NCBI GenBank assembly: GCA_044371145.1 | Contig: JBILUI010000002.1 | Span: 1-50,836 of the forward strand | DNA from: Chthoniobacterales bacterium | GTDB lineage: Bacteria; Verrucomicrobiota; Verrucomicrobiia; Chthoniobacterales; JACTMZ01 | Direction: 5' to 3' | Length of the DNA stretch: 50,836 nucleotides | Part shown: positions 6,550 to 12,455 of the stretch, one piece after another | How positions within the stretch are numbered: position 1 is the stretch's first letter | Layout of the letters: each line of letters begins with the position of its first letter | Position numbers and translations under genes: made by a program | Notes under the pieces: generated by a model | The model's database searches: none | Seen by the model: only the letters and a program-made list of their open reading frames with translations | Told to the model about the DNA's origin: nothing

Positions 6550-6631
6550 GCGGGATCGATGTATATTCACCATGGATTACACAGATTCCACGGATTGTCT
6601 TTGTCCCTACAGGAAGTCTCCGAATGATTAA
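6539..6631 (+). pseudogene. Possible truncated HEPN (DUF86) toxin start, interrupted by CACGGATT-type repeat
   Basis: ATG at 6539 overlaps the MNT gene end by 11 nt, which is typical MNT-HEPN coupling, and reads MSIERDR. The sequence then becomes ccatggattacacagattccacggattgtctttgtcc. That string resembles the 5' arm of boundary element D (10349-10382). A stop follows after 30 codons. Confidence 0.25.
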
Positions 6632-6682
6632 GTGGCTCATCCGGACGTTGTTTCGGGCGGTGGGGCAGTGCAGGATTCAGTC

Positions 6683-6913
6683 ATGGGCACTTCATCACAG
6701 CAATCCGGGTCCAACGAAGCCGGTGAGTGGGTCTTCAGTGGAAAGCTGCGGAGAATGCCGGCACCTCGGACCGTGGATCTTCTCGAGGAGTATGGAAGTT
6801 GGAGTGGCTTTGTTGCAGCAGTCCACAAGTCGATCGGCGGCCGTCGGGGGAGTGGCGTGCTGAGGTTTGCGAAGTCGGACAGCAACGCATGCGGCAACCG
6901 GAAGAGCGCGTAG
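6683..6913 (+). CDS. Hypothetical protein (76 aa)
   Basis: ATG 9 nt after AGGA, with moderate third-position GC. The translation ...EWVFSGKLRRMPAPRTVDLLEEYGSWSGFVAAVHKS... is not recognised. Confidence 0.3.
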   Translation: MGTSSQQSGSNEAGEWVFSGKLRRMPAPRTVDLLEEYGSWSGFVAAVHKSIGGRRGSGVLRFAKSDSNACGNRKSA

Positions 6914-6975
6914 GGCTGGAGACAACGGGTGGCGCAAGACTTGCCGGTTTGACGAGGGTGAACTATGTCTCGGCT

Positions 6976-7254
6976 ATGGCCGCAGCGCGCATCACGAGAG
7001 ATCCCAGAGTGATGGGGGGCAAGCCTTGCATCCGCGGTATGCGCATTACGACGGGGACCATTTCTGGATTGGTGGCGTCCGGCCATTCCGGGGATGAGGT
7101 CTTGAGGATGTATCCGTTTTTGGAGGAGGAAGACATTCGCGCCGCGCTGGCGGAGGCAGATGCGGACATTGCGGCGGGGCGGTTGCTCTCACCTGAGGAG
7201 GTGCGTCGCAGCTTGAATTTGGGCGGGAGCGGGGCCAATGAGAACAAAACCTAA
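6976..7254 (+). CDS. DUF433-family protein with atypical C-terminal tail
   Basis: ITRDPRVMGGKPCIRGMRITTGTISGLVASGHSGDEVLRMYPFLEEEDIRAALA is a canonical DUF433. The tail EADADIAAGRLLSPEEVRRSL resembles the C-terminus of RHH-type antitoxins. Confidence 0.7.
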   Translation: MAAARITRDPRVMGGKPCIRGMRITTGTISGLVASGHSGDEVLRMYPFLEEEDIRAALAEADADIAAGRLLSPEEVRRSLNLGGSGANENKT

Positions 7255-7414
7255 GGAGATTGAGGAGTTGATCCGGCGTCAGCCGCGCCTGACGTCGGAG
7301 CGGTTTTGGCAACAACTGGAGAGGGCGAAGACGCTATCGCCCAGTGTGGAGTCGCTGAAGACGGTCCCTCTTGAGGAGGAGGCTCCTTTAAAAAAGATTC
7401 CGCCTTTGGATTAA
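7238..7414 (+). CDS. Hypothetical small ORF (58 aa) overlapping the DUF433 gene end
   Basis: Not in the track (<60 aa). Reads MRTKPKEIEELIRRQPRLTSERFWQQLERAKTLSPSVESLKTVPLEEEAPLKKIPPLD. It occupies the position where a DUF5615 toxin would be expected. Confidence 0.25.
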   Translation: MRTKPKEIEELIRRQPRLTSERFWQQLERAKTLSPSVESLKTVPLEEEAPLKKIPPLD

Positions 7415-7423
7415 CTAAGAGCT

Positions 7424-7792
7424 ATGCAAACGATTCCGGAGGTTACTGGCGCTCGCCCGACAAGTGGACGGCGTGTCTGGCTGAGCTTTGCGGATGGGCA
7501 GCACGGCGAAGTCGATCTTTCGCGGTATCTGGGATATGGGGCGGTGTTTGCGCCGCTGGCGGACGAGGAATTCTTTCGCCAGCTGCGCGTCGAGGCCGGA
7601 ACAATTGCCTGGCCGAACGGCGCAGACATCGCACCGGAACGATTATACGAATTGCTCGTCGGGCCCGGAGTGGAGGTCGGGGATGAAGCGGTTTTGGCGG
7701 CAGGATCGGTGGTCACGCGAAATGTTCCGTCGAATGCTGTTGTGGCGGGGAATCCGGCGAGCGAGCGCGGGGTGCGGTGGCGGGGCGCCTGA
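7424..7792 (+). CDS. Chimeric ORF: DUF2442-like domain fused in frame to a copy of the acetyltransferase C-terminus
   Basis: Residues 1-78 (RRVWLSFADGQHGEVDLSRYL...FFRQLRVEAGTIAWPNGADIAPERLYELL) look like a near-complete DUF2442. From nt 7658 the DNA is 120/123 identical (by eye) to 379-501 of the acetyltransferase gene (VGPGVEVGDEAVLAAGSVVTRNVP.NAVVAGNPASERGVRW). Confidence 0.7.
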   Translation: MQTIPEVTGARPTSGRRVWLSFADGQHGEVDLSRYLGYGAVFAPLADEEFFRQLRVEAGTIAWPNGADIAPERLYELLVGPGVEVGDEAVLAAGSVVTRNVPSNAVVAGNPASERGVRWRGA

Positions 7793-7800
7793 GAGAGGCG

Positions 7801-7920
7801 GACTAAAAGACCAAGAGACGAAAGACGAAGAGACAAAAAGACGTGGAAAGGTGGGAAAGTTTGAAGGTGTAAGGGTTTGAAGGCGGACGGAGAGGCGGTG
7901 AGGCGAAAGACTAAGAGACG
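7801..7920 (+). repeat. Octamer-periodic purine tract (about 15 units)
   Basis: Reads gactaaaa|gaccaaga|gacgaaa|gacgaaga|gacaaaaa|gacgtgga|aaggtggg|aaagtttg|aaggtgta|agggtttg|aaggcgga|cggagagg|cggtgagg|cgaaagac|taagagac. Runs directly into terminator copy 3. Confidence 0.8.
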
Positions 7921-7924
7921 GTGG

Positions 7925-7947
7925 GCGCGCGATGAGCGCGCTTTTTT
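7925..7947 (+). terminator. Rho-independent terminator, identical copy 3
   Basis: GCGCGC-GATGA-GCGCGC plus T6. Confidence 0.8.
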
Positions 7948-8163
7948 ATTTGTGGGCTAAGGCTTAGGATTTTGGGGAAAGCGTGGAGCTTGGAGCATAG
8001 AGTCGGCGAAACGGCCAAAGGCGGGCCGCCGGGTGGAGCTGGCGCCACGTTCTCCCCGTGCGCCGAGGGCGCTGGACAGGACGGCGGGGAAGGTGGGCAG
8101 AGACGGCTGAGGGGCGGATGGGCTTGCGAACCTGAGCGGAAGCGAGTTTATTGGATCCGGACT

Positions 8164-8376
8164 ATGCACTTAACAGCCCGAGTGGAGGACGCCACGCATC
8201 TCGTATTGAGCGAGCCATTGCCCATGCCGCGTGGCAGCATTGTGGCGGTGGATGTCCGCGAGTCTGCCTTGGTGGCTGAGCACGCAGATTGGATTGCCCC
8301 CTCGGGCGCTCTGCTTGATGCGGCTTACGGGCCCGATGAACCGGACTATTCCGAGTGCGGCGAACGTTTGTCCTGA
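8164..8376 (+). CDS. Antitoxin-like small protein (70 aa), putative MazE-position partner
   Basis: MHLTARVEDATHLVLSEPLPMPRGSIVAVDV...LLDAAYGPDEPDYSECGERLS. The EPDYS tail is typical of small antitoxins. It ends 6 nt before the MazF-like gene. The longer track ORF from 7972 is low-complexity and unlikely. Confidence 0.5.
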   Translation: MHLTARVEDATHLVLSEPLPMPRGSIVAVDVRESALVAEHADWIAPSGALLDAAYGPDEPDYSECGERLS

Positions 8377-8382
8377 GCCTTT

Positions 8383-8730
8383 GTGGCTAAAGTCTTCCCA
8401 GGTGATGTCGTAGTCGCGCCGCTGGCTCAAGCGGATGGCGGGGCGAAACCGAGGCCTGTGCTGCTGCTGCGCGAATTGCCGGGTTTCGGCGACTACTTGG
8501 CGTGTGGAATCAGCACGCAAGTGCATCAGGCGATCAAGGGATTTGATTTGATCCTCAGTCCAGGTTCTTCCGAGTTCGTTTCATCCGGCTTGCACACGGA
8601 ATCGGTAGTTCGTTTGGGTTATGTCGGCGTGGTGCCAGTGAGGAAAATGACAAGGCGCTTGGGGCGTCTTTCTCCTAGCGCCTTGGCTGGCCTGCAGAGG
8701 CGATTGGCCGACTGCATTCTGTCCGGATAG
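8383..8730 (+). CDS. MazF/PemK-family toxin-like protein
   Basis: GDVVVAPLAQADGGAKPRPVLLLRE...DYLACGISTQ...ESVVRLGYVGVVPVRKMTRRLGRLSPSALAGLQRRL follows the PemK/MazF pattern: G-D-v-v, KxRPalvl, iTs, and a C-terminal G.ls...l. GTG start. Confidence 0.7.
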   Translation: MAKVFPGDVVVAPLAQADGGAKPRPVLLLRELPGFGDYLACGISTQVHQAIKGFDLILSPGSSEFVSSGLHTESVVRLGYVGVVPVRKMTRRLGRLSPSALAGLQRRLADCILSG

Positions 8731-8745
8731 TGGCGGGCCTTTTCT

Positions 8746-9409
8746 ATGTCCCCTGAACGCATTTTAGGGATTCCGTTTTTCACTAGCTCGGTGGAGGAGG
8801 CGGTGGCGGAGACTTGGCGCGGGGGGCTTGTCGTTGCGCCATCGGGGCCGAACTTGGCCAATGAGCTGCGCACGGTGCCGGATTACCGGCACGCGGTGGA
8901 GAATGCGGATGTGGCGCTCACGGACAGCGCGGGTGGAAGCGGTGCGGGCGCGGCAGGCCAAGCGTTTCGAGGGTGTGTTGCGGCCGGCGTTGAATGCACG
9001 GATGTCGCCGAAGCTGATGCGGGAGCACTGCGCGATCTCGGAGACCTGCCACAACTTGATGAAGCATGCGCTCGATGATTTGCATCTGAGCGCGCGGGCG
9101 CATGACCGGATTCTCAAGGTGGCGCGAACCATCGCGGACCTGGCCGAGGCGGATTCGATCGGGGAAGACCATTTGCTCGAGGCGTGGTTGCGCGAGCGGC
9201 TTGATCCGTGTCCGGGTATTGTTTGCACGGGGGCGGCGGTGGCTTTTCTCGCGGGGACGCAGGCGAAGATTCCGGTGTGGGCGGATCGAAGCGGGCTCGG
9301 GTGGCTCATGCGCTGCATTTATGAGCCGAAGAAATTTATCCCGCGGTATTGGAGCGCGTTGCCTTTGGTTTGGATGGTGTGGAGCGGCGCGCGCGCCGCG
9401 AGGGCGTAA
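8746..9409 (+). pseudogene. Three-part chimera: wecB-like 5' part | comM 3' fragment | wecB-like 3' part
   Basis: 8746-8932 aligns with 1354-1540 (about 169/187 nt). 8933-9184 aligns with comM 11815-12066 (about 220/252 nt, equal length). 9185-~9400 aligns with 1867-~2085 (about 93%). The left junction is +1 out of frame. The right junction is in frame. Confidence 0.85.
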
Positions 9410-9431
9410 ACCTGAGGTCGGAGAACAAAAC

Positions 9432-9611
9432 TTTAGCCACGGACGAAAGAAGATTAGCGCAGCCGAGTCTGCGAGACAGCCGGAGGCAAATGAGTCCGAG
9501 CGGCTTGCAGCCGCACGGACTGAAGGGAATGCCTCGAGCCAAGTGACCTCGGCGCGAGGCGGTTTGTCCGCAGAACGAGGAGGCAGAAGGCGCGCGAGGG
9601 CGCGCTTTTTT
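9432..9611 (+). repeat. Boundary element copy C (with terminator 9590-9611)
   Basis: TTTAGCCACGG..., GAGTCTGCGAGACAGCC, hairpin GTCCGAGCGGCTTGCAGCCGCACGGAC, short variable hairpin GCCTCG...CGAGGC, GGTTTGTCCGCAGAAC, then GCGCGC-GAGG-GCGCGC plus T6. Confidence 0.85.
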
Positions 9612-9612
9612 G

Positions 9613-10020
9613 CTACCCAGGTGAGGGCTGGTCTTGGGCTTCAAGCCATTGGCGTGGAGTCACGATAGGAATCCCTTCATGTTGGCTTACAACCAGAAGG
9701 TCTTGGTCGCCCGTAGTAATGAAATCTACTTTGCCGGCGATTGCCGTGGCGAGCACGGCGACATCATCGGGATCACGGCAGAGATTGGCATCAAGCGGCG
9801 CAGGTTCCACCAACTCTGCGCGAGCTTCGTAAACACTTAGAAACGGAATGTCTTTTGCTTTCACAACGAACTTCTCCTCGAGCTTCTCGCGGAGCTCATT
9901 CAGAAGTGTTCTTGATGTGATCAGGGAATGGTTTTCGAGACGCCGCCAGACGAGATCCCGGCAGAGGCCGTCGGCTACCACAGCAGCGATGAGGACGTTG
10001 GTATCGAGGACAAGCCTCAC
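9613..10020 (-). CDS. vapC: PIN-domain toxin (VapC-like)
   Basis: MRLVLDTNVLIAAV..., ...DPDDVAVLATAIAGKVDFITTGDQDLL carries the PIN acidic residues. It overlaps the upstream RHH gene by 4 nt. Confidence 0.85.
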   Translation of the reverse strand: MRLVLDTNVLIAAVVADGLCRDLVWRRLENHSLITSRTLLNELREKLEEKFVVKAKDIPFLSVYEARAELVEPAPLDANLCRDPDDVAVLATAIAGKVDFITTGDQDLLVVSQHEGIPIVTPRQWLEAQDQPSPG

Positions 10021-10235
10021 GAAACAACGCGGAAGACGTCTTCGTCGGTGTAAATGCCACGGGCGCGCGCGGCGGGCACCAGGACCTCGCGGGAATCGTC
10101 GATGGCTTTTTGCCAGAGCTTGGACCGAATGGCGTCACGAACGAACTCGCTGGCATTCCTGTGCTCGGAAGCCGCAGCCCGCTCCATCTCGCGACGGAGT
10201 TTGGCCGGCAGACTGATGGTGAGTGTGCTGCGCAT
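10017..10235 (-). CDS. vapB: Ribbon-helix-helix (CopG/VapB-like) antitoxin
   Basis: MRSTLTISLPAKLRREMERAAASEHRNASEFVRDAIRSKL is an RHH motif. The start is taken at the internal Met (10235) rather than the track start at 10271. Confidence 0.75.
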   Translation of the reverse strand: MRSTLTISLPAKLRREMERAAASEHRNASEFVRDAIRSKLWQKAIDDSREVLVPAARARGIYTDEDVFRVVS

Positions 10236-10267
10236 GCTGTAAGAAGATATCTTACAGCAGCGAATTG

Positions 10268-10341
10268 TCAAATGAGAGACCGAAAGGCTAGGAGCCGGAG
10301 TCCGGTGAGGCGGGCGTAGACCAACAAGACGAAGAGGAGCG
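10268..10341 (+). repeat. Purine-rich tract preceding element D
   Basis: gagagaccgaaaggctaggagccggagtccggtgaggcgggcgtagaccaacaagacgaagaggagcg. It contains GACCAACAAGACGAAGAGG, related to 7809-7835. It is plus-oriented although the adjacent vapBC is on the minus strand. Confidence 0.65.
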
Positions 10342-10497
10342 TTTTAGCCACGGATAAACGCGGATTTTCACGGATTTGTCCAAGCGGCTTGCAGCCGCAC
10401 GGACTGAGAAAAATGCCTCGCACCGTGTGACCCCGATGCGAGGCGGTTTGTCCGCAGAACGAGGAGGCAGAAGGCGCGCGGTGAGCGCGCCTTTTTT
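10342..10497 (+). repeat. Boundary element copy D (with terminator 10473-10497)
   Basis: TTTTAGCCACGGATAAACGCGGATTTTCACGGATTT (three CACGGATT-like decamers replace the GTCTGCGAGACA arm). Then GTCCAAGCGGCTTGCAGCCGCACGGAC, hairpin GCCTCGCA...TGCGAGGC, GGTTTGTCCGCAGAAC, and GGCGCGC-GGTGA-GCGCGCC plus T6. Confidence 0.85.
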
Positions 10498-10569
10498 GTT
10501 TTTGGGAAAGTTTGGACTTGAGAAGGGGTTCTGTAATGGAGTCTATCAGCCGTTTCTCCTGAACATCTC

Positions 10570-12105
10570 ATGCTGACAAAGGTTTACTCTGCCGCTCTGC
10601 ACGGGGCCGATGCCCGGGAGGTGGAGATCGAGGTGAATGAAGGGTCTGGAGACCCGAAGGTGGTTATTGTCGGACTGCCCGATGCGGCGGTGAAGGAGAG
10701 CAAGGATCGCGTGACCACGGCGATGGCCAATAGTGGTTACCGTTGGCCTCGCGGTCGGACGACGATCAATTTGGCGCCGGCGGACATTAAAAAAGAGGGA
10801 CCAAGCTTCGACCTGCCAATAGCTATCGGGATGCTGGCCATCGCCCATGGCCGCAATCTTCCGCGACTCGGCGATTGCGCCATCACCGGGGAGTTGGCTC
10901 TGACGGGGGCGATCCGTTCGGTTAAAGGCGTGCTTCCCATCGCGATCGAAGCGCGTCGGCAAGGGAAGAAGGCGCTTCTTGTGCCGGCGGAGAATGCCGC
11001 CGAGGCGTCGGTGGTTCAGGGGCTTTCGGTTTTCGGTGTACGCAACCTGCGCGAGTGCTTCGAGTTTCTCGACGGGCAGAAGACGGTGGAGCGGACGCAA
11101 TCCGATCTCCAGACGGTGTTTCGCGATAATCAGCGCGACGAATTGGATTTCGCCGATGTGAAGGGCCAAGCGTCGGTGAAGCGCGCTTTCGAGGTGGCAG
11201 TCGCCGGCGGACACAATCTTCTCGTGATCGGCGCACCCGGTGGGGGCAAGAGCATGCTGGCCAAACGGATTCCCGGAGTCATGCCGCCGATGACGCTGGA
11301 GGAAGCGATTGAGACAACCAAGATCCACAGCGTGTGCGGGCTACTCGACGGGAAGCACAACTTTGTCGCCATCCGGCCGTTCCGCGCGCCGCATCACACG
11401 ATTTCCGATGTGGGTCTGCTCGGCGGGTCAACCAACCCGACACCGGGCGAGGTGAGCCTGGCGCACCACGGCGTGCTTTTTCTCGACGAGTTGCCGGAGT
11501 TCAAGCGCTCCACACTCGAGGTGCTGCGTCAGCCGCTGGAGGACGGGAGGGTGACAATTTCGCGGGCGGCGGGGAGTCTCACTTTTCCGGCGGATATCAT
11601 GCTGGTGGCGGCGATGAATCCGTGCCCGTGCGGATTCTACGGGCACCCGAAGCGTGAATGCCGGTGCTCGCCGGGACAGGTGGAACGGTATCGTCAGAGG
11701 GTGTCTGGTCCGCTCCTCGACCGGATCGACATCCACGTGGAGGCGCCGCCGGTGGAATATGCCGAATTGACCTCGACGGCGGAGGAGGAAAGTTCGGCTG
11801 CCGTGCGCGCGCGAGTCGAAGCAGTGCGGGCACGTCAGGCCAAGCGGTTCGAGGGCGCGCTACGGCCGGCGCTGAATGCGCGAATGACGCCAAAGCTGAT
11901 GCGGGAGCACTGCGCGATTTCCGAGACTTGCCACAATTTGATGAAGCACGCACTCGATGACTTGCACCTCAGCGCCCGGGCGCATGACCGGATTCTCAAG
12001 GTTGCGCGCACCATCGCCGACCTGGCCGAGGCTGATTCGATCGGGGAGGACCATCTTCTTGAGGCGATCCAATACCGCACTTTGGACCGCTCGCTCTGGA
12101 TGTAG
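10570..12105 (+). CDS. comM: YifB/ComM-family Mg-chelatase-like AAA+ ATPase
   Basis: 511 aa. Lon-like N-domain ([14 protein letters not shown]), Walker [19 protein letters not shown], zinc-ribbon [16 protein letters not shown]-terminal [18 protein letters not shown]...IQYR. Confidence 0.95.
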   Translation: MLTKVYSAALHGADAREVEIEVNEGSGDPKVVIVGLPDAAVKESKDRVTTAMANSGYRWPRGRTTINLAPADIKKEGPSFDLPIAIGMLAIAHGRNLPRLGDCAITGELALTGAIRSVKGVLPIAIEARRQGKKALLVPAENAAEASVVQGLSVFGVRNLRECFEFLDGQKTVERTQSDLQTVFRDNQRDELDFADVKGQASVKRAFEVAVAGGHNLLVIGAPGGGKSMLAKRIPGVMPPMTLEEAIETTKIHSVCGLLDGKHNFVAIRPFRAPHHTISDVGLLGGSTNPTPGEVSLAHHGVLFLDELPEFKRSTLEVLRQPLEDGRVTISRAAGSLTFPADIMLVAAMNPCPCGFYGHPKRECRCSPGQVERYRQRVSGPLLDRIDIHVEAPPVEYAELTSTAEEESSAAVRARVEAVRARQAKRFEGALRPALNARMTPKLMREHCAISETCHNLMKHALDDLHLSARAHDRILKVARTIADLAEADSIGEDHLLEAIQYRTLDRSLWM

Positions 12106-12383
12106 AACCTATCCCATAACCATACGGAGTGGCGCAGGGTCATGGCGGGCAGTCGGCCAGGCGCGAGGACGGAGCGCGATACTCCTGTGCATCGTGACCG
12201 ACGAAGCACCGCCGTCCGTTGCCCCGCCAAGGTCCTGCCAAAGAGGGTTGCGGCGCCTTTCGCCTGCCGCGGCGTTGCTGCGCTCGGGACAGTATCGCAG
12301 AGGATACAGCCACTTCGCTTACTCCTTGCAGCAGACCAAAATCATCCGCAACGCCACCCCGTCAGTTTTTGGCATAGGTTCTA
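12103..12383. mobile_element. Possible MITE-like element (19-nt imperfect terminal inverted repeats, TA flanks)
   Basis: TAGAACCTATCCCATAACC at 12103-12121 versus the reverse complement of 12365-12383, TAGAACCTATGCCAAAAAC. The first 10 are perfect and 16/19 match overall. The comM stop TAG is part of the left end. Statistical support is weak. Confidence 0.2.
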
Positions 12384-12455
12384 AAAAACGGCGAGGACTG
12401 GATATCCGGCCCGGAATATGCTTCATAACAGATTGGCAGGTTCCACCGCCGCTCG

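Noticed and set aside
7658-9400. Diversity-generating retroelement (template/variable repeat pair) explaining the duplicated gene segments
   Set aside because: Mismatches between the copies are not adenine-specific. They are mostly synonymous third-position changes of all types. No reverse transcriptase is present.
9102-9668. ORFs translating the boundary elements (peptides such as SERLAAARTEGNAS..RGGLSAERGGRRRA; track ORFs 9102-9668, 9349-9546, 10376-10576, 248-607)
   Set aside because: The apparent conservation follows RNA/DNA hairpins with compensatory changes. Copy B has an in-frame stop. The ORFs run through terminator hairpins and have no start or RBS context.
515-10497. Integron cassette array (CALIN) with attC sites
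   Set aside because: The layout is integron-like, with same-orientation repeats of variable centre between small cassettes that include TA genes. The repeat ends do not fit attC, however. The RYYYAAC-like end (GCAGAAC) is at the 3' side and the GT-starting arm (GTCTGCG) is at the 5' side, which is the wrong order on either strand. The elements also carry T-run terminators. No intI or attI is in the window. I keep it only as an analogy.
515-10497. CRISPR array
   Set aside because: The repeats are 160-220 nt and irregularly spaced (0.7-7 kb apart). They are separated by genes rather than by 30-40 nt spacers. No cas genes are present.
12142-12384. 80-aa ORF inside the comM/sugar-transferase intergenic region
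   Set aside because: It is Arg/Pro/Ala-rich with no motif. It lies inside the putative MITE-like segment and has poor coding appearance.
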